From: Actinomycetes bacterium
GTDB taxonomy: Bacteria; Actinomycetota; Actinomycetes; S36-B12
Reading direction: 5' to 3'
Length of the DNA: 64,000 bases
Assembly: GCA_014190275.1 (NCBI GenBank)
Contig: BJGE01000001.1
Location: forward strand, 12,289 to 76,288
Below, piece by piece: positions 38,711 through 48,061 of this stretch (positions are counted from its first letter, which is position 1; the number at the start of each line of letters is the position of its first letter). The position numbers and the translations under genes are program-made. Under the pieces are notes generated by a model that worked only from the letters and a program-made list of their open reading frames with translations, was not told the origin of the DNA and made no database searches.

Positions 38711-41158
38711 CTACTCGATTGCCATATCCACACGGATGGCATTGCCTTGAATTGCCCGCCACACATTGGCAGGGGTCAATGGCATGTCCGCATGCCGCAC
38801 CCCGAACGGGCTGAGCGCATCGATCACCGCGTTTACTACGGCGGCAGGTGATCCAACGGTCGCTGATTCACCAACACCCTTGGCGCCGATCGGGTGATGG
38901 GGTGACGGGGTCACCGTCTCGCCCAGTTCCCAATCCGGGCACTCGACGGCCGTCGGCAGCAGGTAATCCATGAACGAACCACCAAGGTTATTGCCATCGG
39001 TATCGAAAGCAATCAGCTCCATCAAGGCCATCCCGACACCGTCGGCCAAACCACCGTGCACCTGGCCTTCGACGATCATCGGGTTAATCCGGGTGCCACA
39101 GTCATCAACCGCGATGAATCTTCGGACTTTGACCTGGCCGGTACCCGGATCAACATCGACTACGCAGATGTAACACCCATACGGGTAGGTCAGACTCGGC
39201 GGGTTGTAAACCGCCGTCGCGTCAAGGTGACCTTCCACGCCTTCTGGCAGTTCGAGGGAACTGTGTGAGAGCAGAGCGATTTCGGCAATGGTCTTGCCAC
39301 GTTCTCTATCACCCTTCACATACCAGCGACCCAACTCCCAGTCCAGATCATCTGGCGCACACTCCAACGCTGCGGCCGCAACGATGCGAGCGCGATCGCG
39401 TACCTTGCGCGCCACCACCGATGCTGCGGCACCCGACACTGGAGTCGACCGAGAACCGTAGGTACCGAGGCCAAAAGGGGTGTTATCGGTATCTCCATGA
39501 AGAACTTCAATATCCTCCGGGGGAATACCGAGCTCATGGGCCACAATTTGAGCAAAAGTGGTCTCGTGGCCTTGCCCTTGGCTTTGCACAGACAAACGCA
39601 GTTGCGCTTTACCAGTTGGGTGTACGCGCAATTCGATGCCATCGGCCATGCCCAGCCCGAGGATGTCCATGTCCCTGCGGGGCCCGGCGCCCACCCCTTC
39701 GGTGAAGAAGGAGATCCCGATACCCATGTATTCGCCGCGAGTGCGCTTTTCGGCTTGCTCACGACGAAGTTCGTCGTAACCGGCCATCTCCATCGCCACC
39801 CGCATCGTCTTCTCGTACTGCCCGGAGTCGTACTCCCAGCCCGTTGGCGAGGTGTAGGGGAACTGCTCGGGGCGCAGCAGATTCTTCAATCGAAGTTCGG
39901 CCGGGTCCATCTGCAATTCTTGCGCTAGGCAGTCCACCACCCGCTCGATTACATATGCCGCCTCGGTAATGCGGAAGGAGCAGGCATAGGCAACACCGCC
40001 CGGGGCCTTATTGGTGTACACCGGGGTCACTTTGCAGTGGGCATCCGGGTAGTCGTAGGAACCAGAGAAAATATTGAAGAACCCTGCCGGGTAATTGGTC
40101 GGCTGGGCCACTCCATTGAAGGCCCCGTGATCGGCCAGCACATCAACATCGACCGCCAAAATCTTGCCCTCTTTGGTGGCCGCGATGGAGGCGGTCATGT
40201 GGTAATCACGCGCAAAGCCCGTGGAGGTCAGGTTCTCGTTGCGGTCTTCTATCCACTTAACCGGCTTACCGGTAACGATCGTACCGATGACCGACAGTAC
40301 GTACCCTGGGTAAACGGGCACCTTGTTGCCGAACCCACCACCGATATCCGGGCTGATAATCCGGATCTTCTGCTCCGGCAGCCCAGCCACCATCGCATAC
40401 ACCGTTCGGTGGGCATGTGGTGCCTGCGTGGTCGTGTACATGGTCAATTGACCTGTCACCTTGTCAAGATACGACACCGAACCGCAAGTCTCCATGGGTG
40501 CTGGATGCACGCGCGGGTACATGATCTCCTGCGTGACGACTACGCAATTCGGGTCTGCCTTCGCGGCTGCAATAGCCGCCGCTGTTGACTCTGCATTACC
40601 TGACTCCCAGGTCTTGTTCCCATGGACGTCGGTAATGCTGTTATCAGTTTGCCCTTTGTCATCTCGGATAATCGGCGCGCCCGCATCCAACGCCATCTTG
40701 GCATCCATGACCGGTTCCAAGACTTCATAATCTACGTCGATCAGCTCTAATGCATCCTTAGCGATATAGCGGCTTTCGGCGATGACATAAGCCACTTCCT
40801 GTCCTTGGAAACGCACTTTGTCAGTGGCAAGCACCGCCTGGGTGTCATAAGACAGCGTAGGCATCCACGCGAAGTTATCTCCGAGTAAAGATGGGCGCGG
40901 AATACCTTCCAGGATCTTTCCGGTAATGACAGCCACCACCCCTGGCAGTGCTTCTGCAGCAGAGGCATCGATCGACACGATGCGCGCGTGCGCATGTGGA
41001 CTGCGCAGGATGGCGCTATGCAGCATGCCCGGCAGGTTTACGTCGTCAACGTAGTTGCCTTGGCCACGTACGAACCGGGCGTCCTCAACTCTTCGCATCG
41101 AACCAAACCCAATTGGGTTCCCGGCCGCACTCAGCGGCACCTCTTCTACGGCGGTCAT
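38711..41158 (-). CDS. coxL: aerobic carbon-monoxide dehydrogenase large (molybdopterin) subunit, form I
   Basis: 815 aa. The active-site loop VAYACSFR matches the form I AYXCSFR signature. The ATGA overlaps the coxS stop. Confidence 0.92.
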   Translation of the reverse strand: MTAVEEVPLSAAGNPIGFGSMRRVEDARFVRGQGNYVDDVNLPGMLHSAILRSPHAHARIVSIDASAAEALPGVVAVITGKILEGIPRPSLLGDNFAWMPTLSYDTQAVLATDKVRFQGQEVAYVIAESRYIAKDALELIDVDYEVLEPVMDAKMALDAGAPIIRDDKGQTDNSITDVHGNKTWESGNAESTAAAIAAAKADPNCVVVTQEIMYPRVHPAPMETCGSVSYLDKVTGQLTMYTTTQAPHAHRTVYAMVAGLPEQKIRIISPDIGGGFGNKVPVYPGYVLSVIGTIVTGKPVKWIEDRNENLTSTGFARDYHMTASIAATKEGKILAVDVDVLADHGAFNGVAQPTNYPAGFFNIFSGSYDYPDAHCKVTPVYTNKAPGGVAYACSFRITEAAYVIERVVDCLAQELQMDPAELRLKNLLRPEQFPYTSPTGWEYDSGQYEKTMRVAMEMAGYDELRREQAEKRTRGEYMGIGISFFTEGVGAGPRRDMDILGLGMADGIELRVHPTGKAQLRLSVQSQGQGHETTFAQIVAHELGIPPEDIEVLHGDTDNTPFGLGTYGSRSTPVSGAAASVVARKVRDRARIVAAAALECAPDDLDWELGRWYVKGDRERGKTIAEIALLSHSSLELPEGVEGHLDATAVYNPPSLTYPYGCYICVVDVDPGTGQVKVRRFIAVDDCGTRINPMIVEGQVHGGLADGVGMALMELIAFDTDGNNLGGSFMDYLLPTAVECPDWELGETVTPSPHHPIGAKGVGESATVGSPAAVVNAVIDALSPFGVRHADMPLTPANVWRAIQGNAIRVDMAIE

Positions 41159-41634
41159 GCTGTCACCTCACTTGTCAATGGATGCTCAGCTGCCCATTGG
41201 ATTGAGGCAACAATGTTTTTGTAGCCGGTGCACCGGCAGATTTGTCCTGAAATACAGTCCCGAATCTCTACCTCCGATGGGTTTGGATTGTTATCCAAGA
41301 GCCAGCGGCCGGTCATCATCATTCCCGGCGTGCAGAACCCGCACTGGAGACCATGGCACTCGATGAAGCCCTGCTGAATTGGATCAAGGACACCACCTTG
41401 CTCCAACCCCTCGACGGTTGTCACCTCGTGCCCATCGGCTTGGGCCGCGAGCATGGTGCAGCTTTTTACCGGCGAGCCATCAACCCAGAGGACACAGGTA
41501 CCGCAATTTGAGGTATCACAGCCCCAATGGGTGCCCCGTAGCCCGGCGTTCTCGCGTACGAAGTGCACCAGCAGCGTCCGGGGTTCAACGTCACTCGTCA
41601 CCGGCGTGCCATTGATTGTGATCGTAACTTCCAT
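41155..41634 (-). CDS. coxS: CODH small [2Fe-2S] subunit
   Basis: CDTSNCGTC and CGFCTPG cluster motifs. Confidence 0.95.
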   Translation of the reverse strand: MEVTITINGTPVTSDVEPRTLLVHFVRENAGLRGTHWGCDTSNCGTCVLWVDGSPVKSCTMLAAQADGHEVTTVEGLEQGGVLDPIQQGFIECHGLQCGFCTPGMMMTGRWLLDNNPNPSEVEIRDCISGQICRCTGYKNIVASIQWAAEHPLTSEVTA

Positions 41635-41635
41635 G

Positions 41636-42505
41636 TCAGGCTCCTTGGCTAGACGCTACGGCCCTGCGCAACACGCGGAGGGTGAGTTCATGGGCTAGAT
41701 GCAACTTGTAGTCCACCGGGCCGCGTTGATCGGCGTACGGGGTGCAGGCATCCGCGGCCAACTTGGCTGCCGCCGAGAGGTTTTCTTCGGTCGGGGCCTT
41801 GCCGATTAGGAAGGCTTCGGCATCGGGAGCGCAGAAATGTTCCGCGCCCACCGCCGTTAGACCGATCCCACAATCCTTGACCACTCCACCGGCAACGACG
41901 ACAAAAGCCCCAGCGGATGCTACCGGCCAGTCCCCTACCCGCCGCTCGACTTTTTCATAAGCACTGCCGGCGCCCGGGCGAATCGGGAAACGCACCTCTG
42001 TCAGGATTTCCGCGTCACCAACCTTGGTTTCATACGGACCTTCGTGAAACTCGCGCAGAGCCAAGCTGCGCTTTCCACCACTGCCTTGAATAATCACCGA
42101 CCCTTTGAGGGCGGAGCCGACGGCCGACAGATCCTCCGATGGATCCGCCTGGCACATGGAGCCCCCGATAGTGCCCTTGTTACGCACGATCGGGTCTGCA
42201 ATTACTTTCTCCGCCTCGCGGAAGATCGAGTAGTGCTCGGCGAGCACCGGTGAGTCAAGAATCTCGGCGTGGGTGACCATCGCACCCACCACAATTTCAT
42301 CACCCTCTATGCGGATCCCACGAAGCTCATCGAGATCATTTAAGTCAATCAAGATCTCAGGTCTGGCAAGGCGCAATTTCATCATCGGAAGCAAGCTGTG
42401 GCCACCGGCCAGGAGTCGGGCCTCATCGCCGTGCTTTTCCAACAAGGCAATCGCATCTCCTACCGAGGTGGCTCGCGCATATTCAACCGGCGCAGGTGTT
42501 TGCAT
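41636..42505 (-). CDS. coxM: CODH medium FAD-binding subunit
   Basis: FAD_binding_5 pattern (AGGHSLLPMMKLR) and CO_deh_flav_C. Confidence 0.93.
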   Translation of the reverse strand: MQTPAPVEYARATSVGDAIALLEKHGDEARLLAGGHSLLPMMKLRLARPEILIDLNDLDELRGIRIEGDEIVVGAMVTHAEILDSPVLAEHYSIFREAEKVIADPIVRNKGTIGGSMCQADPSEDLSAVGSALKGSVIIQGSGGKRSLALREFHEGPYETKVGDAEILTEVRFPIRPGAGSAYEKVERRVGDWPVASAGAFVVVAGGVVKDCGIGLTAVGAEHFCAPDAEAFLIGKAPTEENLSAAAKLAADACTPYADQRGPVDYKLHLAHELTLRVLRRAVASSQGA

Positions 42506-42565
42506 TGCTGACCTCTCTCTTATAGGTTAATTTGAACGGGTCGGTACTTGAAAAGGTGTTATCGA

Positions 42566-43198
42566 TCAACGAGCTACGAGCCACCAGATAATTGCTACTA
42601 CGACGATGACTCCAATGAGTACCGGAATGGCACGCTTGAGAACCGGCGCGCCCGCGGTGCCAAGTAGGTCAATGCTGTCAGCAGCCTTAATCACGGGGGG
42701 GGCAGCCACGGCTGCTGGGTCACCAGAGGCTTGTGCCGCGGCTTGATCCCCGCGAGCACCAATTACCTGCTCCAGGTTGCTGGAGAACTGATCAATGATG
42801 CGGCCCGCCACATCCTGCATGACCCCCCTGCCGAATTGTGCGGCTTTTCCGGTAATGGTCAAAGCCGTGGTCACGTCAACGCGGGTGCGATCCGCGGACT
42901 CGGCTACCAAGTTAGTGGTGATGAGTGCCTTTGCAGTCCCGGCCCCACGGGTCTCTTTACCGGTGCCTTCGATGACTGCGGTGTGATTGGTTTCGTCTTT
43001 GCTAAGAAAACGGGCTTCACCGTTGTAGGTCATTGACACCGGGCCGAGCTTTACTTTCACACTCGCGGTGAACTCATCACCATCCACCGACTCCAAGGTC
43101 GCACCGGGCATGCATGGCGCAATTGACTCCACGTCCAACAAGGTCTTCCATGCGGTATCGATATCAGCCGGCACCGTAAAAGAATTCTGCAGATCCAT
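42566..43198 (-). CDS. coxG: CoxG-like SRPBCC protein with C-terminal transmembrane anchor
   Basis: SRPBCC/CoxG N-domain (MDLQNSFTVPADIDTAWKTLLD...) plus a terminal hydrophobic helix IPVLIGVIVVVAIIWWLVA. GGAGG RBS upstream. Confidence 0.85.
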   Translation of the reverse strand: MDLQNSFTVPADIDTAWKTLLDVESIAPCMPGATLESVDGDEFTASVKVKLGPVSMTYNGEARFLSKDETNHTAVIEGTGKETRGAGTAKALITTNLVAESADRTRVDVTTALTITGKAAQFGRGVMQDVAGRIIDQFSSNLEQVIGARGDQAAAQASGDPAAVAAPPVIKAADSIDLLGTAGAPVLKRAIPVLIGVIVVVAIIWWLVAR

Positions 43199-43351
43199 TT
43201 AGCCTCCGTCGGTGGGCCGCCACCAAGAGATGTTCCAGCCCCAGCTTTCGCGTAATGCGAGGATAGGGTCAAAAGGGCCAGAGCGCATCCACAAGACAAT
43301 TTTTGTCGCCTCCGGAGCAAACCCCCGGACCCGCCGCGTACCCTCGGCCCC

Positions 43352-43600
43352 ATGGGGACCGTAGAAGTGCACCTGTTCGCGGCGGCTCGGGCCGCGGTTG
43401 GGCAAGCATCCGTCACCACCTCCCCTGCTTCCCTAGGCGCGGTGGTGGCCTTGCTAATCGCCAAATACCCTGCCTTCGCCGCGGTCGCGCCGCGGTGCAG
43501 CTACTTGGTTAATGGCTTGGCGGCCCATGGTGACCTAGCCCTGGTCAGCCTCGGTCCGGGTTCACGGGTAGATGTGCTCCCACCATTTGCCGGCGGCTAG
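43352..43600 (+). CDS. moaD: MoaD/ThiS-family sulfur carrier
   Basis: 82 aa ending in ...PPFAGG. Converges on moaA with a 4-nt overlap. Confidence 0.8.
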   Translation: MGTVEVHLFAAARAAVGQASVTTSPASLGAVVALLIAKYPAFAAVAPRCSYLVNGLAAHGDLALVSLGPGSRVDVLPPFAGG

Positions 43601-44598
43601 CCCCCGATTGCCGACATGGGCCGATCGGGCTGAATGAACGACGGGTCATTTATCCCATGGCCAGGTAATTTCGCCAGCACCGAACCTTGGAATAACCTCG
43701 CAATACTCGCGCGGCGATCTTGATCAGACAGCAGCGGGTTGCGCAAGGTGCCTCGGACATCGGTTTCATCGCGGGCAAATAGGCAATTGCGGATTTGCCC
43801 ATCGGCGGTTAGCCGCAGCCGGTCACAGGAAGCACAAAATGGCTTCGAGACACTTGCGATAATCCCAACCGTGGCCGGGCCGCCATTGACGAAGAATTCC
43901 TCCGCCGGAGCAGAGCCGCGGTTTGACACCGCAGTTAGTTCAAATTCTGTCGAAAGCACTTCAAAAATCTCTGCCGCGGTAACCATCGAGGACTTCTCCC
44001 ATGAGCCACCAGCATCAAGTGGCATCTGCTCGATGAATCGCAGACTCCAGTCGTTCGCCAAGCTATGTCGCAGCAACGGCAAAGCCTCATCATCATTGAC
44101 GCCACGCATTAACACGCTATTGATCTTCACCGGAAGTAAACCTGCCGCCTTAGCAGCATCAATCCCGGCAATCACGTCATCGAACCGATCCCGGTAAGTA
44201 AGTGCCTTAAAGCGATCGCGTTGCAAAGTGTCGAGACTGATGTTGACGCGGCCTAGACCGGCATCGGCGAGATCTTGCGCCATCTCCGGCAGTCGCAAGC
44301 CATTGGTCGTCAATGCAATTTTCGGTGCCAATGGCAGCGCCTTAATAAGCCTGACTATGTCGACGATGTCGGGGCGGAGGAGTGGTTCTCCACCGGTGAG
44401 CCGGATGCCGGTGATCCCCTGCGAGGTTGCGACCTCAAGCACCGTCATCAACTCGTCGGTACTTAATAGGTGATCCCCGGGGATCCAGTCGGAAAAATCA
44501 TTGGGCATGCAATAGGTGCACCGCAGATTGCACCTGTCGGTTAGCGACACCCGCAGGTCACGGTGTGCTCGGCCGAAAGTATCAATTAGCATGCTCAT
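43597..44598 (-). CDS. moaA: GTP 3',8-cyclase (radical SAM)
   Basis: CNLRCTYC cluster motif and a C-terminal CxxCxnC. The ATG at 44598 forms an ATGA with the moaE stop. Confidence 0.95.
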   Translation of the reverse strand: MSMLIDTFGRAHRDLRVSLTDRCNLRCTYCMPNDFSDWIPGDHLLSTDELMTVLEVATSQGITGIRLTGGEPLLRPDIVDIVRLIKALPLAPKIALTTNGLRLPEMAQDLADAGLGRVNISLDTLQRDRFKALTYRDRFDDVIAGIDAAKAAGLLPVKINSVLMRGVNDDEALPLLRHSLANDWSLRFIEQMPLDAGGSWEKSSMVTAAEIFEVLSTEFELTAVSNRGSAPAEEFFVNGGPATVGIIASVSKPFCASCDRLRLTADGQIRNCLFARDETDVRGTLRNPLLSDQDRRASIARLFQGSVLAKLPGHGINDPSFIQPDRPMSAIGG

Positions 44599-45017
44599 GC
44601 GCAGTTCACCCATTCATCGGTGCCGTCGGCGAAAACTTGGTGCTTCCAGACCGGAAGCCTGGCCTTGGTTAAATCCACTAACGCCTGACACGCGGCGAAG
44701 GCCTCCCCACGATGCCCGGTAGAAACGACGGCCACCAAGGCGGCGTCGGAGATCTGCAGTTCGCCAACCCGGTGGGCTACGGCCAAACCAATGAGTTCAA
44801 ATTGCCCAGCGATTTCTTCGGCCACCTGCCTGAGCACCGCGGCCGCCGTCGGGTGTCCCTCATAGGTAAGCGAACGCACCATCTTGCCATGGTCTACGCC
44901 CCTGACATCCCCGCTGAACGTAACCACGGCCCCGGCCACCGCGTCTGCCACCAACGCCTGCATCGCTTGGGCGTCGAGGGGTTGCTCGGTAACCTCGGCC
45001 AGCCGGATGATACCCAC
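44595..45017 (-). CDS. moaE: molybdopterin synthase catalytic subunit
   Basis: MoaE pattern (TFSGDVR...HRGEAF...PVWKHQ). Confidence 0.92.
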   Translation of the reverse strand: MGIIRLAEVTEQPLDAQAMQALVADAVAGAVVTFSGDVRGVDHGKMVRSLTYEGHPTAAAVLRQVAEEIAGQFELIGLAVAHRVGELQISDAALVAVVSTGHRGEAFAACQALVDLTKARLPVWKHQVFADGTDEWVNCA

Positions 45018-45076
45018 GACCCCATTATCAAGGGGTTCCCCGCGCGAGGCAGCACCGGATACGCGAAAGTAGCCCT

Positions 45077-46183
45077 GTGCGAGAAGTCCTGAGCGAATTA
45101 GTGGCCGCCACCAATGGCGGTGGCAGCACGGCTATGGCCACGGTGGTGCGCACCTGGCGCTCCGCACCGCGGCCAGCCGGTGCCTCAATGCTCGTCACCG
45201 ATACGGGCGAGGCGGTCGGCTCGGTTAGCGGCGGCTGCGTTGAGGGGGCGCTGTACGAGCTGGGCCAGCAGGTCTTGGCAGATGGCTCACCCCGCTACGA
45301 AACCTACGGGGTCAGCGACGACGATGCGTTTGCCGTGGGGCTGACCTGCGGCGGCATTCTTGAGGTCTTTGTTGAGAAGGTAAATAGTGAAACTTGGCCA
45401 GAGCTCCCCGGGATTGCAGCAAGTATCGATGGCGAGCAACCGGTTGCCGTAGCGACAATCGTGCAAGGACCGCACTATGTGGGCCGACACTTAGTGGTTC
45501 GACCTGATCACTCAGAGGGCTCACTCGGCACCACTCGCCTTGATGACACCGTGCGAGAGGACGCCATCGGCATGCTCGCATCTGGTGCGACGGGATTCTT
45601 GCACTACGGACCGGACGGCGAACGGCTCGGGGAGGGTCTGGACGTGTTCGTCGCTAGTTATGCGCCGGCGCCACAGATGTTCATCTTCGGTGCCATCGAT
45701 TTTTCAGCAGCACTCGTTCGTGTCGGCAAGCTCCTCGGATTCAAGGTCACCGTTGTCGATGCCCGCCCCGTTTTCGCCACCAAGAAGCGTTTCCAAGATG
45801 CTGACGAAGTTGTCGTGGACTGGCCGCATCGTTGGCTCGAAAAGCAGCATGTTGATCCGCGAACAGTTATCGCCGTACTAACCCATGATGCAAAGTTCGA
45901 TGTCCCTGCGTTGGTAATTGCCTTGCGCACAAACGCCGGTTACGTAGGTGCGATGGGCTCGCGCCGCACGCACGAGGACCGGCTAGTGCGCCTGAAGGAG
46001 GCTGGCTTAACAGAAGAAGAACTCACCCGTTTGCACTCACCAATCGGACTTGATCTGGGGGCACGCACCCCGGAGGAGACCGCCATCTCGATCGCCGCGC
46101 AAATGGTGCAAAGTCGTTGGGGCGGCACCGGGGCTTCACTTGCCAGTACCGACGGCCCAATACATCCGGGGGCACCCCGCTGA
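45077..46183 (+). CDS. XdhC/CoxI family molybdoenzyme maturation protein
   Basis: XdhC_CoxI N-domain (GSVSGGCVEGA) and XdhC_C Rossmann domain (IFGAIDFSAAL). Confidence 0.88.
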   Translation: MREVLSELVAATNGGGSTAMATVVRTWRSAPRPAGASMLVTDTGEAVGSVSGGCVEGALYELGQQVLADGSPRYETYGVSDDDAFAVGLTCGGILEVFVEKVNSETWPELPGIAASIDGEQPVAVATIVQGPHYVGRHLVVRPDHSEGSLGTTRLDDTVREDAIGMLASGATGFLHYGPDGERLGEGLDVFVASYAPAPQMFIFGAIDFSAALVRVGKLLGFKVTVVDARPVFATKKRFQDADEVVVDWPHRWLEKQHVDPRTVIAVLTHDAKFDVPALVIALRTNAGYVGAMGSRRTHEDRLVRLKEAGLTEEELTRLHSPIGLDLGARTPEETAISIAAQMVQSRWGGTGASLASTDGPIHPGAPR

Positions 46184-46731
46184 CCGGCTTACCTAAATCC
46201 ACCGCAGGGCTCATCTTGGCCGCCGGCGCAGGTAAGAGATTCGGCGGCCCGAAAGCCCCGGCGGTCGTGGGCGGTGAGCGGCTGGTGGATCGATCGGTTC
46301 GGATATTGCAAGAGTCCGGCTGCGCGCCAATAGTGGTCGTGCTTGGCGCGTGGATCGGCGAGGTTCCAGGCGCCATCCCTGTTATCAACTCGCATTGGCA
46401 AGAAGGTATGGGCTCATCGCTACGCACCGGCCTCGACTACTTACTCACCACCTCGGCAACGAGTGCGCTCATCACCTTGGTCGACCTCCCGGGGCTAACT
46501 GCAGTTGGGTGTGCTCGCATAGTCCGCTCACGCGCCGGGGTGGTCGCCGCGACTTTCCAAGGTGAGCGCGGGCATCCGGTTAAGTTCAACCGCGAGCACT
46601 GGGCCGAAATTATCGAGATCGCCCATGGTGACGAAGGTGCGCGGACCTACCTACGCGACCGCGAAGATGTTGAGTTGATTGAGATTGCCGACGTCGCATC
46701 AGGTGCTGACCTGGACTACAACATTTCATGA
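46117..46731 (+). CDS. mocA: MobA-like NTP transferase, probable molybdenum cofactor cytidylyltransferase
   Basis: GLILAAGAGKRFGG nucleotide-binding loop and TLVDLPG. Start uncertain: the ATG at 46117 overlaps xdhC by 67 nt, and there is no ATG/GTG between it and the motif. Confidence 0.72.
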   Translation: MGRHRGFTCQYRRPNTSGGTPLTGLPKSTAGLILAAGAGKRFGGPKAPAVVGGERLVDRSVRILQESGCAPIVVVLGAWIGEVPGAIPVINSHWQEGMGSSLRTGLDYLLTTSATSALITLVDLPGLTAVGCARIVRSRAGVVAATFQGERGHPVKFNREHWAEIIEIAHGDEGARTYLRDREDVELIEIADVASGADLDYNIS

Positions 46732-46740
46732 AGGCGCGAA

Positions 46741-47439
46741 TCACCCAACCAGTTGAGTCGGATCACTAACCGAATGCTGATGCCCGGTTGCCGGCCCACC
46801 AAGTGCCAGCATCATGCTGGCCACAAGCACTATCGCAATCCCGCTGGCCCGCAGCGCTACCGCGCCAACACGCTGCGGCTTCTCCCAGATCATAAATACT
46901 GTAAGGGCCACCATCGCAAGCAGCGAAACGGCTGTATGCAAACCGGTCAAAGTGACCACCCCGATCAACATGAGCGGGAAGCAGGCGGTCACGCAGGCAA
47001 GCCCCTCCTTTATCCCCGACGCAAACGCCGGATCCGCAGCGCGCAAGGACCGACAACGCCGTAAGGCTCGCTGTGTCCACGGAGTCAGTTGATAAAGCCC
47101 CACCGCAATCCAGCCCAATGAGATGAGCAGGCCGGACCAAGGAATCGCATCAACTAAAACTAACGCCGGGGCTGCCATCACCGCCCAGATCATTAAATAG
47201 CCAACCAGGAAAGCCCCGGCGCGCAATGCGGATCCCCCGGCTATCCGCACCAATGGGCGCAAGGCGGTCGGAATCATCATGGCAATCGCCATCAGGGCCC
47301 ACATGGCCACAAACCCCAATTGACTGTGGCTCATCGGCATGACCGCCAAGGCACACCATGAAAGCGCGATAACGACCAGCACAAGTGTCAGCACACGTCG
47401 GGTGTAGTCCACTCCCACCGGGGCAGCTGCGTCAATCAC
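46741..47439 (-). CDS. DUF2182-like predicted metal-binding integral membrane protein
   Basis: Blocks WALMAIAMMIPTALRP, GLYQLTPWTQRALRRCRS, GLACVTACFPLML and MIWEKP fit my recollection of DUF2182. Confidence 0.62.
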   Translation of the reverse strand: MIDAAAPVGVDYTRRVLTLVLVVIALSWCALAVMPMSHSQLGFVAMWALMAIAMMIPTALRPLVRIAGGSALRAGAFLVGYLMIWAVMAAPALVLVDAIPWSGLLISLGWIAVGLYQLTPWTQRALRRCRSLRAADPAFASGIKEGLACVTACFPLMLIGVVTLTGLHTAVSLLAMVALTVFMIWEKPQRVGAVALRASGIAIVLVASMMLALGGPATGHQHSVSDPTQLVG

Positions 47440-47501
47440 GGCGTCAGGCTATGGGGCATATCCACAGACCACAATGCCACTTTGCGAATTGCTGCAATCG
47501 G

Positions 47502-47990
47502 TCAGGGGCGTTTCACGCTATTGGTCACCCCGGCCGCCCCTAGGTGGACCATCAAGACCCGCACCGGCGCGTCGGTCCGATTGGAACCATTTAGCCAAAC
47601 GTTCATGGCATCAATAAGGGCGGTGCCCGCCGCAAACTCCTTGATGACACCTGCGTCATACTCAACCGTAAGAGTGCCTTCCAAAATATACGCATACAAG
47701 GGTGTGCGATATTTGTGCCAGCCGGTTTCCTGGCCAGGATCCAGGGCAAGAATCTCGCTCGTGATCTCCGCGGCTTTCTTTTTCGGGTATCGCACCGGTT
47801 GATCGAGTACGGTTAAAGCCTGAGCCTCGAGTAAAACATCCGGATCCCCCGCCACCGCGGACGCTGCGGCCACCGCACTTGGGGCCGCGGGGATTGCCGC
47901 TTCGTCACCTGATCCGCAACCAGCTAGTAACAGCAGTGCGCAAGCCAATCCTGGGGCCAGCCATGCCCTCGTTCGCGCACGTGCAATCAT
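47502..47990 (-). CDS. secreted cupin-domain lipoprotein
   Basis: Lipobox LLAGC. Cupin core GWHKYRTPLYAYILEGTLTVEYD. Confidence 0.65.
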   Translation of the reverse strand: MIARARTRAWLAPGLACALLLLAGCGSGDEAAIPAAPSAVAAASAVAGDPDVLLEAQALTVLDQPVRYPKKKAAEITSEILALDPGQETGWHKYRTPLYAYILEGTLTVEYDAGVIKEFAAGTALIDAMNVWLNGSNRTDAPVRVLMVHLGAAGVTNSVKRP

Positions 47991-48061
47991 CGGTCCTCCA
48001 AGAGTTCAAACGCTACCTCTTCGCGGCCTCAGATAAAGGGGTGTTCAGGATTTCCGACATC

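Noticed and set aside
43199-43351. Possible Moco riboswitch in the 153-nt coxG/moaD divergent region (contains GCCTCCGGAGC, vaguely reminiscent of the Moco RNA core).
   Set aside because: I cannot reconstruct the Rfam consensus or a convincing fold by eye. cmsearch with RF01055 is needed, and a hit above the gathering threshold would revive it.
33533-46731. The CODH/Moco cluster as a mobile genomic island.
   Set aside because: I found no integrase, transposase, tRNA target or flanking direct repeats, and the composition looks like the core genome.
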